Assembly: GCA_965212145.1 (NCBI GenBank)
Contig: CBDBUY010000002.1
Coordinates: 68,099-132,098, forward strand
Origin: Cyclobacteriaceae bacterium
Lineage (GTDB): Bacteria; Bacteroidota; Bacteroidia; Cytophagales; Cyclobacteriaceae
DNA length: 64,000 nt
Direction: 5' to 3'
The notes beneath the pieces were generated by a model, which saw only the letters and a program-made list of their open reading frames with translations, had not been told where the DNA came from and did not search any database. Both the position numbers and the translations under genes were made by a program. This document shows, one piece after another, positions 29,069 to 41,900 of this stretch (position 1 is its first letter; each line of letters starts with the position of its first letter).

Positions 29069-30484
29069 TTGGAACCGAAAACATTATTTGATAAAATCTG
29101 GGACTCACATGTGGTGAGTGAAATTGAAGGTGGACCGAGTGCTCTCTATATAGACTGCCACCTGATCCATGAAGTGACGAGTCCTCAGGCATTTGCTGGA
29201 ATCGAAAAGCGTGGAGTGTCTGTTTTTAGAACTAACAGAACGTTCGCTACGCCGGATCATAACATCCCGACGATTGACCAACACCTACCTATCAAGGATG
29301 CCTTGTCAAAATTCCAGGTGGACAAGTTGACCGAAAATTGCGAACGACACGGAATTGAACTTTACGGATTGAATCATCCCTATCAGGGAATTGTACATGT
29401 AGTTGGACCTCAGCAAGGACTGACTCAGCCAGGGATGACCATCGTTTGCGGCGATAGCCATACATCTACCCACGGCGCTTTTGGAGCAATTGCGTTCGGA
29501 ATTGGAACGAGTGAAGTGGAAATGGTTTTGGCTTCTCAGTGTATCATGCAGCCTAAGCCTAAGAAAATGCGCATTACGGTGAATGGCGAACTTGGGGAGG
29601 GCGTGACCGCCAAAGATTTGATTTTGTATATCATCTCAAAAATCTCCGCAGGTGGAGGAACTGGCTACTTCGTGGAGTACGCCGGAACGGCATTCGAGAG
29701 CCTTTCTATGGAAGGTCGAATGACAGTTTGCAACATGAGTATCGAGATGGGCGCACGTGGCGGCTTGATTGCACCAGATGAAAAAACTTTTGAGTATATC
29801 AAAGGCAGAGAAATGGCCCCAAAAGGAGCAGATTTTGATGCAGCCGTTGCTAAGTGGAGGGAATTGAAAACCGATGATGGAGCAGTGTTCGATCGTGAAG
29901 TAGAATACGATGCAGCTGATATCGAGCCAATGATCACATATGGCACGAACCCAGGAATGGGCACGAAAGTGAAAAGCTCAATACCGTCAATCTCCGAAAT
30001 AGAACCTACTGAGCAGCAATCTTACAAAAAGGCACTTGACTACATGGGGTTTGGCGATGGTGATGAGCTTATCGGCAAGCCAATTGATTATGTATTCGTT
30101 GGGAGCTGCACGAATGGTCGAATCGAAGATTTAAGAGAAGTAGCAGCATTCGTAATAGGCCGCAAGAAAGCTGACAATATCACAGCTTGGATAGTGCCTG
30201 GTTCCAAACAAGTAGAAAAACAAGCGCAAGAAGAGGGGATCGTAGAGGTGCTGGAAGCTGCAGGATTCAAACTTCGCCAGCCAGGCTGCTCTGCATGCCT
30301 AGCGATGAATGATGATAAAATTCCTTCAGGAAAATACGCCGTTTCTACTTCTAACAGAAACTTCGAAGGAAGACAAGGCCCGGGTTCACGAACGCTTCTT
30401 GCAAGTCCGTTGACCGCTGCAGCTGTAGCCGTAACAGGAAAACTTATTGATCCGCGTTCACTGCTCCAAGTACCAACTACCTAA
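29069..30484 (+). CDS. leuC: 3-isopropylmalate dehydratase large subunit
   Basis: 471 aa; [42 protein letters not shown] aconitase-family Fe-S motifs. TTG is the first possible start after an in-frame stop. Confidence 0.95.
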   Translation: MEPKTLFDKIWDSHVVSEIEGGPSALYIDCHLIHEVTSPQAFAGIEKRGVSVFRTNRTFATPDHNIPTIDQHLPIKDALSKFQVDKLTENCERHGIELYGLNHPYQGIVHVVGPQQGLTQPGMTIVCGDSHTSTHGAFGAIAFGIGTSEVEMVLASQCIMQPKPKKMRITVNGELGEGVTAKDLILYIISKISAGGGTGYFVEYAGTAFESLSMEGRMTVCNMSIEMGARGGLIAPDEKTFEYIKGREMAPKGADFDAAVAKWRELKTDDGAVFDREVEYDAADIEPMITYGTNPGMGTKVKSSIPSISEIEPTEQQSYKKALDYMGFGDGDELIGKPIDYVFVGSCTNGRIEDLREVAAFVIGRKKADNITAWIVPGSKQVEKQAQEEGIVEVLEAAGFKLRQPGCSACLAMNDDKIPSGKYAVSTSNRNFEGRQGPGSRTLLASPLTAAAVAVTGKLIDPRSLLQVPTT

Positions 30485-30502
30485 ATCCAACTACTTAGAA
30501 AG

Positions 30503-31096
30503 ATGGCAAACGACAAATTCACAAATTTTACTTCATCGGCTGTTCCACTTCCAACAGAGAATGTGGATACTGACCAGATCATCCCAGCAAGATTCCTGAA
30601 GGCAACAACACGAGAAGGATTCGGTGAGAATCTTTTTAGAGATTGGAGATATGACCAAAGCGGTAACCCTATTGCTGGTTTTCCATTGAACGACGTGAAA
30701 TATTCTGGAAAAATTCTTTTAGCAGGAAAAAACTTCGGTTGTGGATCCAGCCGTGAGCATGCCGCTTGGGCAGTTCATGATTATGGATTCAAAGTAGTAG
30801 TGTCCAGTTTCTTCGCAGACATCTTCCGAGGAAATTGCTTAAACAATGGCGTTCTGCCGATTCAAGTGACTGCAGAATTTGCCAAGAACGCTTTTGCGGC
30901 AATTGAAGCTGACCCGAATGCACACTTTGCAGTGGATCTGGAAGCTCAGACTTTCACCAATGTAAGCACAGGGGAGTCAATCGGTTTTGACATCAGCTCT
31001 TACAAAAAAGAGTGCCTACAAAATGGGTATGACGACATTGATTATTTGATCAATCTCAAAGACAAAATAGAAGCTTTCGAGGAAGCAAGAGCATGA
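30503..31096 (+). CDS. leuD: 3-isopropylmalate dehydratase small subunit
   Basis: 197 aa; [24 protein letters not shown]. Confidence 0.95.
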   Translation: MANDKFTNFTSSAVPLPTENVDTDQIIPARFLKATTREGFGENLFRDWRYDQSGNPIAGFPLNDVKYSGKILLAGKNFGCGSSREHAAWAVHDYGFKVVVSSFFADIFRGNCLNNGVLPIQVTAEFAKNAFAAIEADPNAHFAVDLEAQTFTNVSTGESIGFDISSYKKECLQNGYDDIDYLINLKDKIEAFEEARA

Positions 31097-32625
31097 GCTT
31101 AGAAATCCTCGATACCACCCTTCGCGATGGCGAGCAGACTTCCGGTGTATCTTTCACCGTCGGAGAAAAACTGTCTATTGCCAAGCTCATTCTTCAAGAA
31201 TTGAAGGTGGATCGATTGGAGATTGCCTCTGCGCGTGTATCCGAGGGAGAATACGAGGGATCAAGAAAAATTATCGAATGGGCTAAGAAAAAGGGCTTTT
31301 TGGATCGAATCGAAATTCTTGGTTTCGTTGATGATGGGGTTTCCCTTAACTGGATCGAGGAAGCAGGGGGAAAGATCATTAATCTACTTTGTAAGGGATC
31401 TCAAAGGCATTGCGAAAAACAATTGCGAAAAACACCTGATGAGCACCTTCAGGACATTATCGACAACATAGAGGCTGCAGATAAGCTCGGAATTACGGTA
31501 AACGTGTATTTGGAAGATTGGTCAAACGGAATGATCGGATCACCAGATTATGTTTTCAAAATGGTCGAGGGAATCAGCAAGACCTCAGCGAAGCGAATCA
31601 TGCTCCCAGATACTTTAGGCATTTTAAATCACGTTCAGACGGGTGATTTCTGCCGTCAAATGGTGGAGAAATTCCCAAATGTTCATTTCGATTTCCATGG
31701 ACACAACGATTACGACCTTTCTGTAGCCAATGCTTATGAAGCTATCAATGCAGGCGTTCACGGTATTCACACAACTCTGAATGGGCTAGGTGAGCGAGCA
31801 GGAAATGTTCCGCTTTCGAGTGTGATGGGAATTTTGCGTGACCACCTGAAAGTGGTAGTCAATATTGACGAATCCAAGCTTTACAAAGTAAGTAAGGTTG
31901 TTGAGTCATTTTCAGGAGTTAGAATCCCTCAGAACAAGCCGCTCATAGGAGAATTTGTTTTCACCCAAACGAGCGGTATCCACGCCGATGGCGATACTAA
32001 GGACAATCTGTATCAAACAGAGCTTAGCCCGGATCGCTTTGGAAGGAACTACTCATATGCACTTGGCAAGCTTTCCGGTAAATCGAACATTCAAAAAAAT
32101 CTAGAGGAACTCGGGATTCACCTGACTAAAAAGGAACTCAATAAAGTTACTGAGCGAATCATCGAATTGGGTGATAAGAAGGAAGCAATCACGCAGGAAG
32201 ATCTCCCTTTCATTATCAATGACGTACTTGGAAACAGCATTGCCGACCCTACTGTCGAGATTATGAATTACAGCCTTTCAGTAGCTAAGGGGCTCAAGTC
32301 TACGGCAACAGTTTCAGTAGCAATAGAGGGGATAGTGCAAGAGCAAACAGCTTCAGGTGATGGACAATACGATGCGTTTATGAACGCCCTCCATGAAATT
32401 TACACACGACTGGGTCGCTCATTCCCGCGATTGGTGGATTACGAAGTACACATTCCTCCTGGAGGAAACACCGACGCGTTGGTAGTCACCACGATTCACT
32501 GGGAGCAGGACAATAAAATATTTAAAACCAAGGGGTTGGATTCTGATCAGGCAATTGCTGCCATCAAGGCCACCACGAGGATGTTGAACATACTTGAGAA
32601 TAAAGAAAAAGTACATGAATCATAA
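31093..32625 (+). CDS. citramalate synthase / 2-isopropylmalate synthase family enzyme (CimA-like), with C-terminal LeuA-dimer regulatory domain
   Basis: 510 aa; [35 protein letters not shown]; C-terminal [13 protein letters not shown].. region typical of the LeuA_dimer domain; inserted between leuD and leuB. Confidence 0.75.
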   Translation: MSLEILDTTLRDGEQTSGVSFTVGEKLSIAKLILQELKVDRLEIASARVSEGEYEGSRKIIEWAKKKGFLDRIEILGFVDDGVSLNWIEEAGGKIINLLCKGSQRHCEKQLRKTPDEHLQDIIDNIEAADKLGITVNVYLEDWSNGMIGSPDYVFKMVEGISKTSAKRIMLPDTLGILNHVQTGDFCRQMVEKFPNVHFDFHGHNDYDLSVANAYEAINAGVHGIHTTLNGLGERAGNVPLSSVMGILRDHLKVVVNIDESKLYKVSKVVESFSGVRIPQNKPLIGEFVFTQTSGIHADGDTKDNLYQTELSPDRFGRNYSYALGKLSGKSNIQKNLEELGIHLTKKELNKVTERIIELGDKKEAITQEDLPFIINDVLGNSIADPTVEIMNYSLSVAKGLKSTATVSVAIEGIVQEQTASGDGQYDAFMNALHEIYTRLGRSFPRLVDYEVHIPPGGNTDALVVTTIHWEQDNKIFKTKGLDSDQAIAAIKATTRMLNILENKEKVHES

Positions 32626-33694
32626 GATTGCAAAATTGCCCGGAGATGGAATCGGGCCAGAGATTGTAGAGCAGGCTGTTAAAGTTATGGATGCTATCGG
32701 TGAAGCATTTGGCCACACCTTTGAGTTCACTTTTGGTGAAGTAGGAGCTTCAGCCATTGATGCCACGGGAAATCCTTATCCGGATGAAACCCACGAAATA
32801 TGCATGAATTCGGATGCTGTGCTTTTCGGAGCAATAGGTGACCCAAAGTATGATAACGATCCTAAGGCCAAAGTTCGACCTGAGCAGGGTCTTTTGGCTA
32901 TGAGAAAAAAACTTGGCCTTTACGCCAATATCCGACCCGTTACCACTTTCCCATCATTGAACTACAAAAGCCCATTACGACAAGATATCGTGGAAGGCGC
33001 TGATTTTGTGGTGATCCGCGAGCTGACAGGAGGAATTTATTTCGGTGAACCAAGAGGGCGTGCTGAGGACGGAAAAACAGCTTTTGACACATGTGTTTAC
33101 AATGTTTCTGAAATCGAAAGGATATTAAAACTGGCATACGAATACGCTGGAAAAAGAAGAAAGCAACTCACTGTAGTTGATAAGGCCAATGTGTTGGCAA
33201 CTTCCAGACTTTGGAGAGAAGTAGCACAGCGAATGGAAAAAGATCAGCCAGATATCGAGACTGATTACATGTTCGTGGATAATGCGGCTATGCAGTTGAT
33301 CCAGTGGCCAAAGAAATTTGATGTGATGGTGACCGAAAATATGTTCGGTGACATCCTCACAGATGAAGCCAGCGTCATTACAGGTTCACTTGGACTTTTA
33401 CCTTCTGCCTCTGTAGGTCTTCATACTTCGGTTTTCGAGCCGATTCATGGATCATATCCGCAGGCTACTGGTAAGAACATCGCGAACCCAATAGCAACCG
33501 TACTTTCTGCAGCGATGCTTTTGGAATCTCTTGATTTGACTACCGAGGCAGACGTAATCAGAAGTGCTGTGAACCAAATTATTGATGAAAGCTACCTCAC
33601 CGAAGATTTGAATAAAGAAGAGCCAAAATCCACCTCCGAAGTTGGAGATCGACTGGCTGAAATTGTAAAAGAAAAAGCATCAGCAACTGCATAA
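32615..33694 (+). CDS. leuB: 3-isopropylmalate dehydrogenase
   Basis: [38 protein letters not shown] 32615 chosen (overlaps the upstream gene by 11 nt); ORF track 32594. Confidence 0.93.
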   Translation: MNHKIAKLPGDGIGPEIVEQAVKVMDAIGEAFGHTFEFTFGEVGASAIDATGNPYPDETHEICMNSDAVLFGAIGDPKYDNDPKAKVRPEQGLLAMRKKLGLYANIRPVTTFPSLNYKSPLRQDIVEGADFVVIRELTGGIYFGEPRGRAEDGKTAFDTCVYNVSEIERILKLAYEYAGKRRKQLTVVDKANVLATSRLWREVAQRMEKDQPDIETDYMFVDNAAMQLIQWPKKFDVMVTENMFGDILTDEASVITGSLGLLPSASVGLHTSVFEPIHGSYPQATGKNIANPIATVLSAAMLLESLDLTTEADVIRSAVNQIIDESYLTEDLNKEEPKSTSEVGDRLAEIVKEKASATA

Positions 33695-33732
33695 CAAAAG
33701 TTTCCTCTGTGGTTTCACGAGGTAAGAAATAA

Positions 33733-35406
33733 ATGAGCGAACTAAATCGATATAGCAAGACGATCACTCAGGATCCTTCTCAGCCGGGCTCTCAGGCACA
33801 ATTATATGCCTTGGGACTAAGCGAAAATGATCTGAAAAAAGCACAGGTAGGAATCGTGAGTACAGGTTTTGAAGGAAACCCGTGCAACATGCACCTCAAT
33901 ATCCTGGCACATCAGGTGAAGAAAAGCGTGAATGAAACCGACTTGCTTGGTCTGATCTTTCACACGATTGGTGTGAGTGATGGCATGTCCAATGGTACTG
34001 TTGGGATGAAATATTCCCTTGTATCTCGTGACATCATTGCTGACTCTATCGAGACAGTGGCAAATGCTCAATTCTATGACGGAATCGTATCGGTTGTTGG
34101 TTGTGACAAAAACATGCCGGGCGCAATGATGGCGATGGGCCGTTTGAACCGTCCCTCTCTTTTAGTGTATGGTGGCACGGTACGCCCAGGGAAATGGAAA
34201 GGTGAAGATCTAAATATAGTATCTGCCTTTGAGGCATACGGAAAGCGATTAGGGAATGACATTTCCGATGAAGATTACGACGGCATCATCAAAAACTCGA
34301 TCCCGGGACCGGGAGCCTGTGGCGGAATGTACACCGCCAATACTATGTCATCTGCCATTGAGGCAATGGGCATGAGCCTGCCAAGCTCAGCGTCTAATCC
34401 TGCTGAAGGTGATGCCAAGCAAAATGAAATCGCAAAAGTTGGTAAGGCCATTTATCACCTTTTGAAAGAAGACATTCGCCCAAGTGATATAATGACAAAG
34501 GAAGCATTCGAGAATGCCATTCGCGTCATCATGATTTTGGGTGGATCAACTAACGCTGTGCTTCATTTGATTGCTATGGCGAAGGCGGTGAATGTTCCTA
34601 TTGGCTTGGATGATTTTCAAAGACTTTCTGACACTACACCATTTATAGCTGACTTGAAGCCGAGTGGTGAATATTTGATGGAGAATCTGCACAAAGTTGG
34701 TGGAGTTCCGGCAGTGATGAAGAATATGTTGCAGCAGGGATACCTTCATGGTGATTGCCTGACTGTCACTGGAAAAACATTAGCAGAGAATCTTGAAGGT
34801 TACCCTGATTTGGCCAATGGCCAGAAAGTAATTCATGATTTCAGTGAGCCAATTAAAAAATCCGGACACCTACAGATTCTCTATGGAAATCTAGCCCCGG
34901 AAGGAGCTGTGGCAAAAATCACAGGAAAGGAAGGAGAGCATTTTGAAGGACCAGCTCGATGCTTCAATGATGAATTCGAAGCTATCGAAGGCATTGGCAA
35001 AGAAGTTAAAAAAGGTGAGGTCATCGTGATTCGCTATTCAGGCCCGAAAGGTGCTCCTGGAATGCCAGAAATGCTGAAGCCGACGGGAGCGGTTATGGGA
35101 GCAGGTCTAGGAAAGGACGTGGCGCTGATTACTGACGGAAGATTTTCCGGAGGTTCACACGGATTTGTGGTTGGACACATTACGCCTGAAGCTCAGGAAG
35201 GTGGCCCGCTCGGTCTTATCCGAAATGGAGACATCATTTGCATTGATGCAGTGAAAAACGAATTGAAGGTGAAGTTGACAGATGAGGAGTTGGAGCAAAG
35301 AAGAAAAGAATGGGATCAGCCGGCTTATCGCGCTGATAAAGGAGTTCTAAGAAAATATATCAACTCCGTGGCAACAGCTTCGGAAGGTTGTGTAACCGAT
35401 GAATAG
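33733..35406 (+). CDS. ilvD: dihydroxy-acid dehydratase
   Basis: 557 aa; [39 protein letters not shown]. Confidence 0.95.
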   Translation: MSELNRYSKTITQDPSQPGSQAQLYALGLSENDLKKAQVGIVSTGFEGNPCNMHLNILAHQVKKSVNETDLLGLIFHTIGVSDGMSNGTVGMKYSLVSRDIIADSIETVANAQFYDGIVSVVGCDKNMPGAMMAMGRLNRPSLLVYGGTVRPGKWKGEDLNIVSAFEAYGKRLGNDISDEDYDGIIKNSIPGPGACGGMYTANTMSSAIEAMGMSLPSSASNPAEGDAKQNEIAKVGKAIYHLLKEDIRPSDIMTKEAFENAIRVIMILGGSTNAVLHLIAMAKAVNVPIGLDDFQRLSDTTPFIADLKPSGEYLMENLHKVGGVPAVMKNMLQQGYLHGDCLTVTGKTLAENLEGYPDLANGQKVIHDFSEPIKKSGHLQILYGNLAPEGAVAKITGKEGEHFEGPARCFNDEFEAIEGIGKEVKKGEVIVIRYSGPKGAPGMPEMLKPTGAVMGAGLGKDVALITDGRFSGGSHGFVVGHITPEAQEGGPLGLIRNGDIICIDAVKNELKVKLTDEELEQRRKEWDQPAYRADKGVLRKYINSVATASEGCVTDE

Positions 35407-37144
35407 AGGCGATATGAATACATCGACACTTGAAGTAGAAGAAAAGAAATCTGGAACGGTGAAAATATCCGGATCTGAGGCTGTGATTAAATGCCTGCAA
35501 GCCGAAGGAATAGACACCATTTTCGGTTATCCAGGTGGGGCTATTATGCCAATCTATGATGCCTTATACCAATATCAGGATGTGGTTAATCATATTCTTG
35601 TTCGTCACGAGCAAGGGGCTGTTCACGCTGCTCAAGGACTCGCGCGGGTTACTGGACAAGTCGGCGTATGTATGGCTACCTCAGGACCTGGAGCGACAAA
35701 TCTTATCACCGGTATCGCTGATGCAATGATTGACTCCACGCCATTGGTATGTATCACAGGACAAGTCGCAGATCATTTGTTGGGAACAGATGCTTTTCAG
35801 GAAACCGACGTGGTTGGTATTTCCATGCCTGTCACAAAGTGGAATTATCAAGTGACCAAGGCAGAGGAAATTCCTGAGGCGCTGGCTAGGGCATTTTATA
35901 TAGCCAGAACAGGAAGACCCGGACCGGTTCTTATTGACATTACTAAGAATGCTCAGTTCGCAGAGTTTGATTTCAAGTACGAGCCCTGCAAAAAAATCAG
36001 AAGCTATCACCCATATCCGGTGATTGATGAAATTAAGATTGAACAGGCTGCCGCGCTGATCAATCAGGCCAAGAAGCCAATGATGTTGGTGGGGCAGGGT
36101 GTGATTTTATCCGATGCGCAGAAGGAGTTGGTGGAGTTTGCAGAACGCACCGGCATTCCGGTGGCCTCCACGCTGCTTGGACTTTCGGCCATTTCCAATG
36201 ATCACCCACTTTATGTTGGGTATTTAGGAATGCATGGCAATTACGGCCCAAATGTCAAGACCAACGAATGCGATGTATTGATAGCTGTGGGCATGCGTTT
36301 CGATGATCGAGTCACGGGAGACTTGAAAACCTACGCCAAGCAGGCGAAAGTCATTCACATTGAAATTGACCCTTCGGAAATCAACAAGAACGTTCATGCC
36401 GACGTGGGTATTAATGCCGATGCGAAAGTTGCTCTCCTTTCACTTATTGGAAAGGTCGATCGGAACTCGCACCCAAAGTGGTTGGAGGAATTTCAGGTGT
36501 GCACTAAAATCGAACATGACAAAATTCGAGCAGGAGAAATGCACCCGACAGAAGGCGGTCTAAAAATGGCTGAGATCATCACGATGATTTCTGAAAAGAC
36601 AGATGGAAAGGCAGTGATCGTAACTGATGTTGGACAGCACCAGATGGTAACTAGCCGATATTATGAGTTTAAAGACAAGCGTCAAAATATTACCTCCGGA
36701 GGCTTAGGAACCATGGGATTTGCGCTTCCAGCAGCGATGGGAGCAGCGATGGGTGAAAAAGAAAGACCGGTAATCGCGGTGATTGGTGATGGAGGCTTTC
36801 AGATGACCATACAGGAATTGGGCACCATTTTTCAGAGCCAAATTCCAGTCAAGATTTTGATCCTCAATAACAACTTTCTGGGGATGGTTCGTCAGTGGCA
36901 GGAGCTGTTTTTCGAAAAAAGATATGCTTCCACAGAATTGGTAAATCCGGATTTTGTGGCGGTAGCAAAAGGCTTCCGAATTGACGCATTCAAAGTAGAA
37001 GAACGAGAAGATTTAGCAACATCAATTGATCGTTTTTTGGCTGCCGAAGGACCCATACTCCTTGAAGCAGTAGTGGAGAAAGAAGAGAATGTTTTCCCAA
37101 TGATTCCTACCGGAGCATCGGTTTCAGACATAAGATTAGAATGA
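35399..37144 (+). CDS. ilvB: acetolactate synthase (acetohydroxyacid synthase) large subunit
   Basis: 581 aa; ThDP enzyme: [40 protein letters not shown]. Confidence 0.93.
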   Translation: MNRGDMNTSTLEVEEKKSGTVKISGSEAVIKCLQAEGIDTIFGYPGGAIMPIYDALYQYQDVVNHILVRHEQGAVHAAQGLARVTGQVGVCMATSGPGATNLITGIADAMIDSTPLVCITGQVADHLLGTDAFQETDVVGISMPVTKWNYQVTKAEEIPEALARAFYIARTGRPGPVLIDITKNAQFAEFDFKYEPCKKIRSYHPYPVIDEIKIEQAAALINQAKKPMMLVGQGVILSDAQKELVEFAERTGIPVASTLLGLSAISNDHPLYVGYLGMHGNYGPNVKTNECDVLIAVGMRFDDRVTGDLKTYAKQAKVIHIEIDPSEINKNVHADVGINADAKVALLSLIGKVDRNSHPKWLEEFQVCTKIEHDKIRAGEMHPTEGGLKMAEIITMISEKTDGKAVIVTDVGQHQMVTSRYYEFKDKRQNITSGGLGTMGFALPAAMGAAMGEKERPVIAVIGDGGFQMTIQELGTIFQSQIPVKILILNNNFLGMVRQWQELFFEKRYASTELVNPDFVAVAKGFRIDAFKVEEREDLATSIDRFLAAEGPILLEAVVEKEENVFPMIPTGASVSDIRLE

Positions 37145-37701
37145 TGGAGGAGCAGCATTATACATTATCCATTTTGACTGAAAATAAGTCGGGATTGTTG
37201 AACCATATCACGATCATTTTCACGCGCCGTAAAATCAATATTGAAAGTCTGAACGTCTCCACCACGGAGGTCAAAGGACTGAGTAGATTCACGGTGGTTA
37301 TCCGTAGTACACGCGCACAGGTAGACAAAGTGTGTGAGCAAATCAGAAAACTGATCGATGTGCTCGGAGCGTTCGTGTATGACGATCATCAGATTTTTTA
37401 TCAGGAAATCGCCTTGTATAAAATCGAGGCGGACGCGTTTTCCAATCGATCAGATTTGGACGCATTCGTGAATGAAAATGGAGCTCGCGTGTTGGAAGAA
37501 AATGAACATCACATTCTAATTGAGAAGACTGGAAAAAAGCAAGACACACACGCTTTGTATGAGAAATTGGAAAAACACGGCCTACTTGAATTTGCAAGAT
37601 CAGGCAGAGTGGCTTTATCCAAATCAATGAGAAAAACAGAGGCTTACATCAAGGAACTTGAGAACAGTAAGTCAAACGAATTAAGTATCAAAAACTATTA
37701 A
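37141..37701 (+). CDS. ilvN: acetolactate synthase small (regulatory) subunit
   Basis: 186 aa; N-terminal ACT domain (LSILTENKSGLLNHITIIFTRRKINIESL); 4-nt overlap with ilvB. Confidence 0.85.
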   Translation: MMEEQHYTLSILTENKSGLLNHITIIFTRRKINIESLNVSTTEVKGLSRFTVVIRSTRAQVDKVCEQIRKLIDVLGAFVYDDHQIFYQEIALYKIEADAFSNRSDLDAFVNENGARVLEENEHHILIEKTGKKQDTHALYEKLEKHGLLEFARSGRVALSKSMRKTEAYIKELENSKSNELSIKNY

Positions 37702-37726
37702 CAAGAATCAATTTAACTAAGAAGAA

Positions 37727-38773
37727 ATGGCAACTATCAATTTCGGAGGAACAGATGAACAAGTAGTAACCCGCGAAGAATTTCCGTTGGAAAAAGCAAG
37801 GGAAATCATGAAAGACGAGACCATCGCGATCATCGGATACGGTGTGCAAGGTCCAGGGCAAGCATTGAACCTCAGAGACAATGGCTTCAACGTGATCGTT
37901 GGGCAGAGAAAAGGCGGAAAATCATGGGACAAAGCTGTTGCAGATGGCTGGGTACCGGGTGAAACTCTATTCGAAATCGAAGAAGCCCTTCAAAAAGGCA
38001 CGACCATTCAATACCTTCTTTCAGATGCAGGTCAGATCGAAAAATGGCCACTTGTTAAGGCTAACTTAAACGAAGGAGATGCTCTTTATTTCTCTCACGG
38101 ATTTGGTGTGACTTACACGGATCAGACAGGGATTGTACCACCAGAAAATGTGGATGTGATCCTTGTAGCACCTAAAGGATCTGGAACTTCATTGAGAAGA
38201 CTTTTCGTAGCTGGAAAAGGCCTTAATTCTTCTTTCGCCGTACATCAGGACTACACTGGAAATGCACGTGACAGAGTGATCGCTCTTGGGATCGGCGTAG
38301 GATCGGGTTACTTATTCGAGACCAATTTCCAGAAAGAAGTTTATAGTGATTTGACTGGGGAGCGTGGAAGTTTGATGGGGGCAATCCAAGGACTATTCGC
38401 AGCACAGTACGATCTACTTAGATCAAAAGGACACTCTCCTTCTGAGGCGTTCAACGAAACAGTGGAAGAAGCGACTCAGTCACTTTATCCTTTGGTGGCT
38501 GAAAATGGCATGGATTGGATGTACGCCAACTGTTCAACAACTGCCCAAAGAGGAGCCTTGGACTGGTGGAAAAAATTCCGTGATGCAGTAGCTCCGGTTA
38601 TGGCTGACCTCTACGAAAGCGTGGAAACCGGCAATGAAGCGAGAATCACCATCGAAGCAAACGAGAAAGATGATTACAGAGCCGGATTGGAGAAAGAGCT
38701 TGATGAGTTGAGAAACTCTGAAATGTGGCAAGCTGGTGCGGCTGTAAGAAAGCTCCGACCAGAGAACAAATAG
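37727..38773 (+). CDS. ilvC: ketol-acid reductoisomerase (class I)
   Basis: 348 aa; IIGYGVQGPGQALNLRDNG Rossmann motif, FSHGF, LFE..FQKE. Confidence 0.95.
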   Translation: MATINFGGTDEQVVTREEFPLEKAREIMKDETIAIIGYGVQGPGQALNLRDNGFNVIVGQRKGGKSWDKAVADGWVPGETLFEIEEALQKGTTIQYLLSDAGQIEKWPLVKANLNEGDALYFSHGFGVTYTDQTGIVPPENVDVILVAPKGSGTSLRRLFVAGKGLNSSFAVHQDYTGNARDRVIALGIGVGSGYLFETNFQKEVYSDLTGERGSLMGAIQGLFAAQYDLLRSKGHSPSEAFNETVEEATQSLYPLVAENGMDWMYANCSTTAQRGALDWWKKFRDAVAPVMADLYESVETGNEARITIEANEKDDYRAGLEKELDELRNSEMWQAGAAVRKLRPENK

Positions 38774-38794
38774 TCCGAAAGAGCTATTTGTTCT
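38763..38794 (+). terminator. hairpin terminator at end of leu/ilv operon
   Basis: Perfect 11-bp stem AGAACAAATAG / CTATTTGTTCT with 10-nt loop; 5' arm includes the ilvC TAG stop; no strong T-tract. Confidence 0.5.
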
Positions 38795-38811
38795 GTTGAA
38801 TAATATTCAAC
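38795..38811. promoter_or_regulatory. perfect 8+1+8 palindrome GTTGAATAATATTCAAC upstream of gltB (candidate operator)
   Basis: Self-complementary except the central base; about 110 nt upstream of gltB ATG 38920. Confidence 0.4.
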
Positions 38812-38919
38812 ATTAACCCGATTTATTGCATCGGATTTAATTCATTCGTTTTCGACGAGTGAAATAATTTGACATGGTGTGATTTCATTGAATAATTCGT
38901 AATTTTTGTATTGTTGATT

Positions 38920-41900
38920 ATGACTACAAAAACGACTATAGACAGCATGTATCTACCCGAGTATGAGCACGATGCTTGTGGGATCGGGTTACTGGCAAAT
39001 ATCAAGAGAGAGCGGTCACATGCGATTGTGAGTGACGGCATTCTGATGCTCGAAAATATGGAGCATCGAGGTGGCTGTGGAGCAGAACCTGAAACCGGCG
39101 ATGGCGCTGGTATCATGATCGAATTGCCTCATGGTTTGTTTGAAACTCAATTCGCTGAAACTGGAAAAAAGCTTCCTAATCGAGGTGATTACGGAGTAGC
39201 CATGCTCTTTCTGCCTAAACCAGCATGGGAAGAGTGCATGGCGAAATTCCACGGATTGGCAACAGAAATGGGCTTCCAAATCATTCATGATCGGGATGTT
39301 CCGGTGGATAATCGCTTCGTTGGACCTACAGCTCGAGAAAACGAACCGAAAATTGTTCAAACTTTTCTATGTCATGGAAAGTTGAGAGGCAAGGATCTGG
39401 AGCGGAAACTATATGTACTCAAAAAGTATGCATCAAGAGTCCTGTCGGAGCATTTTGAGGAGTTTTACATCGCATCTTTATCTACGACACAAATTGTCTA
39501 CAAAGGCCAACTACGAACCGATCAACTGAAATCCTATTATCTGGATCTTCAGAATGAAGATTTGAAATCGGCTTTTGCGATCATCCACTCTCGGTTTTCT
39601 ACGAATACCTTTCCGAAGTGGAGCTTGGCACAACCTTTTCGCTACATCGCCCACAATGGCGAAATCAATACGATACGAGGAAACATCAATAAAATGAAAA
39701 GTAAGGAAGCTCTGATGGAGTCGACCCTTTTCACTGAAGATGAACTAAAGAAATTACTTCCAGTCTGTGACATGAGCTGGTCGGATTCAGCTAACCTAGA
39801 TGAGCTTATTGAACTGCTCGTGATGGGAGGTCGACCGCTACCGCACGCGATGATGATGCTGGTGCCGGAAGCCTGGCAGTACAATAACCAGATGGATGAC
39901 AAGACCAAGTCGTTCTATAAGTACAACGCCTCCATTATGGAGCCTTGGGACGGCCCTGCCGCTTTGTGCTTCACCGATGGAAATCTGATTGGTGCCACGC
40001 TGGACAGAAACGGATTGAGACCTTGTCGGTACACAATCACTTTCGATGATCGTCTGATTGTCGCCAGCGAAACGGGCGCATTGCCTGTAGATCAAAAACT
40101 AGTCAAGGAAAAGGGCCGATTGCAGCCAGGCAAAATGCTGGTTGTCGATCTGGAAAATGGTTTGATCAAATATGATCAGGACATCAAGGAGGAAATCGCC
40201 ACGTCCAAACCTTACGACACCTGGGTGACCCGAAATCGGATCAAACTAAGAGGTCTTCCGGGACCATTTCAGGATCCCAAATTCGTTCCGGCCGAAGACG
40301 TTGAGCGAATGAAAATTGCCAATGGCTATACTGTAGAAGACGTTGAGAAAATCGTACTTCCTATGGCGCTAGACGGCAAAGAGCCGATTGGAAGTATGGG
40401 GCTGGAAGTGCCTTTGGCAGGGTTGAGTAAGTTCCCACAGCATCCCGCCAACTACCTGAAGCAAATATTCGCGCAGGTCAGTAATCCGCCCATTGATCCC
40501 ATCAGGGAAAGATTGGTGATGTCCCTTTTCACCAGATTAGGTGAAGGGAGAAATATCCTCGCAGAAGAACCAAAGCATGCCCATCAGGTGCATATCACCC
40601 GTCCGGTGCTGCGACCAGCCACTTTCCAAAAGGTACTGGAGTTGGATCGACAGGGCTTCAATCATAAGGTGGTTCACACCACCTTCGGTCAAGAAGAAAA
40701 ACTAGCCGATGCGCTGGATCGTGTAAGCAAGGAGGCTGCATCATTGGTAAGAGACGGAGCTACCATTCTAGTCCTAAGCGATCGTGTGACCTCTGCGGAT
40801 AAATTATCAATTCCATCCTTGCTTGCACTTGGTGCAATTCATCACCACCTCATCGATCAAAAACTGAGGGCAAGTACTAGTTTGGTTGTACACGCAGCTG
40901 ACGTGATCGAAGTGCATCATTTTGCTACGTTGATCGGCTATGGCGCAAGTGCAGTTATGCCATATTTGGTTTTCAGTGACCTGAAAAAATACGCTGAGGA
41001 GAAGAATCTGGATTTTGATGTCATCTCTAACAATTACGTCGAAGCTGTTGGAAAAGGCCTTTTGAAGATCATGTCCAAAATGGGCATTAGCACCCTTCAG
41101 TCTTATCAAGCTGCGCAAATATTTGAGGCCGTTGGTTTGTCTTCTGAGGTGATTGATAAATGCTTCAAGGGGACGACATCAAGAATTGAGGGAAATACCT
41201 TCGCTCATTTTGAGGAAGACATTCGTGACAATCACAATCGGGCGTTTGGTGAAGATGCTAAAATGAAGCACGGTGGGGTTTATGCCTGGAGACGTGAGCA
41301 GGAAGAACATTTGATAGATCCGGAAACCATCCATTTGTTGCAGAAGTCAACCAAGCTGGAGGATTACGAACTCTACAAGAAATATTCTGAGCGAATTAAT
41401 AACCCTAAGAGCAAGCTGGTCAACTTACGTCACTTGCTGGAATTCAACAAAGGGAAATCCATCCCCATCGAGGAGGTGGAGCCGGTTGAGAATATCCTGA
41501 AAAGATTTGCCACAGGTGCCATGTCATTTGGTTCGATTTCTTTTGAAGCACACACCACACTGGCTATCGCCATGAACCGGATAGGAGGAAAAAGCAACTC
41601 CGGTGAAGGTGGTGAGGACGAAATTCGATACACGCCTCTTGAAAATGGAGATCGACAAGTTTCTCGCATCAAGCAGGTGGCATCAGGCAGATTTGGAGTG
41701 ACTTCTCATTACCTCAACAATGCCGACGAAATTCAGATTAAAATCGCGCAAGGTGCTAAGCCAGGAGAAGGCGGACAGTTGCCGGGTCATAAGGTTGATG
41801 AATGGATCGGTCGGGTGAGATTGTCCACACCAGGAGTGGATTTGATTTCTCCTCCCCCACACCATGACATCTATTCTATTGAGGATTTAGCTCAGCTGAT

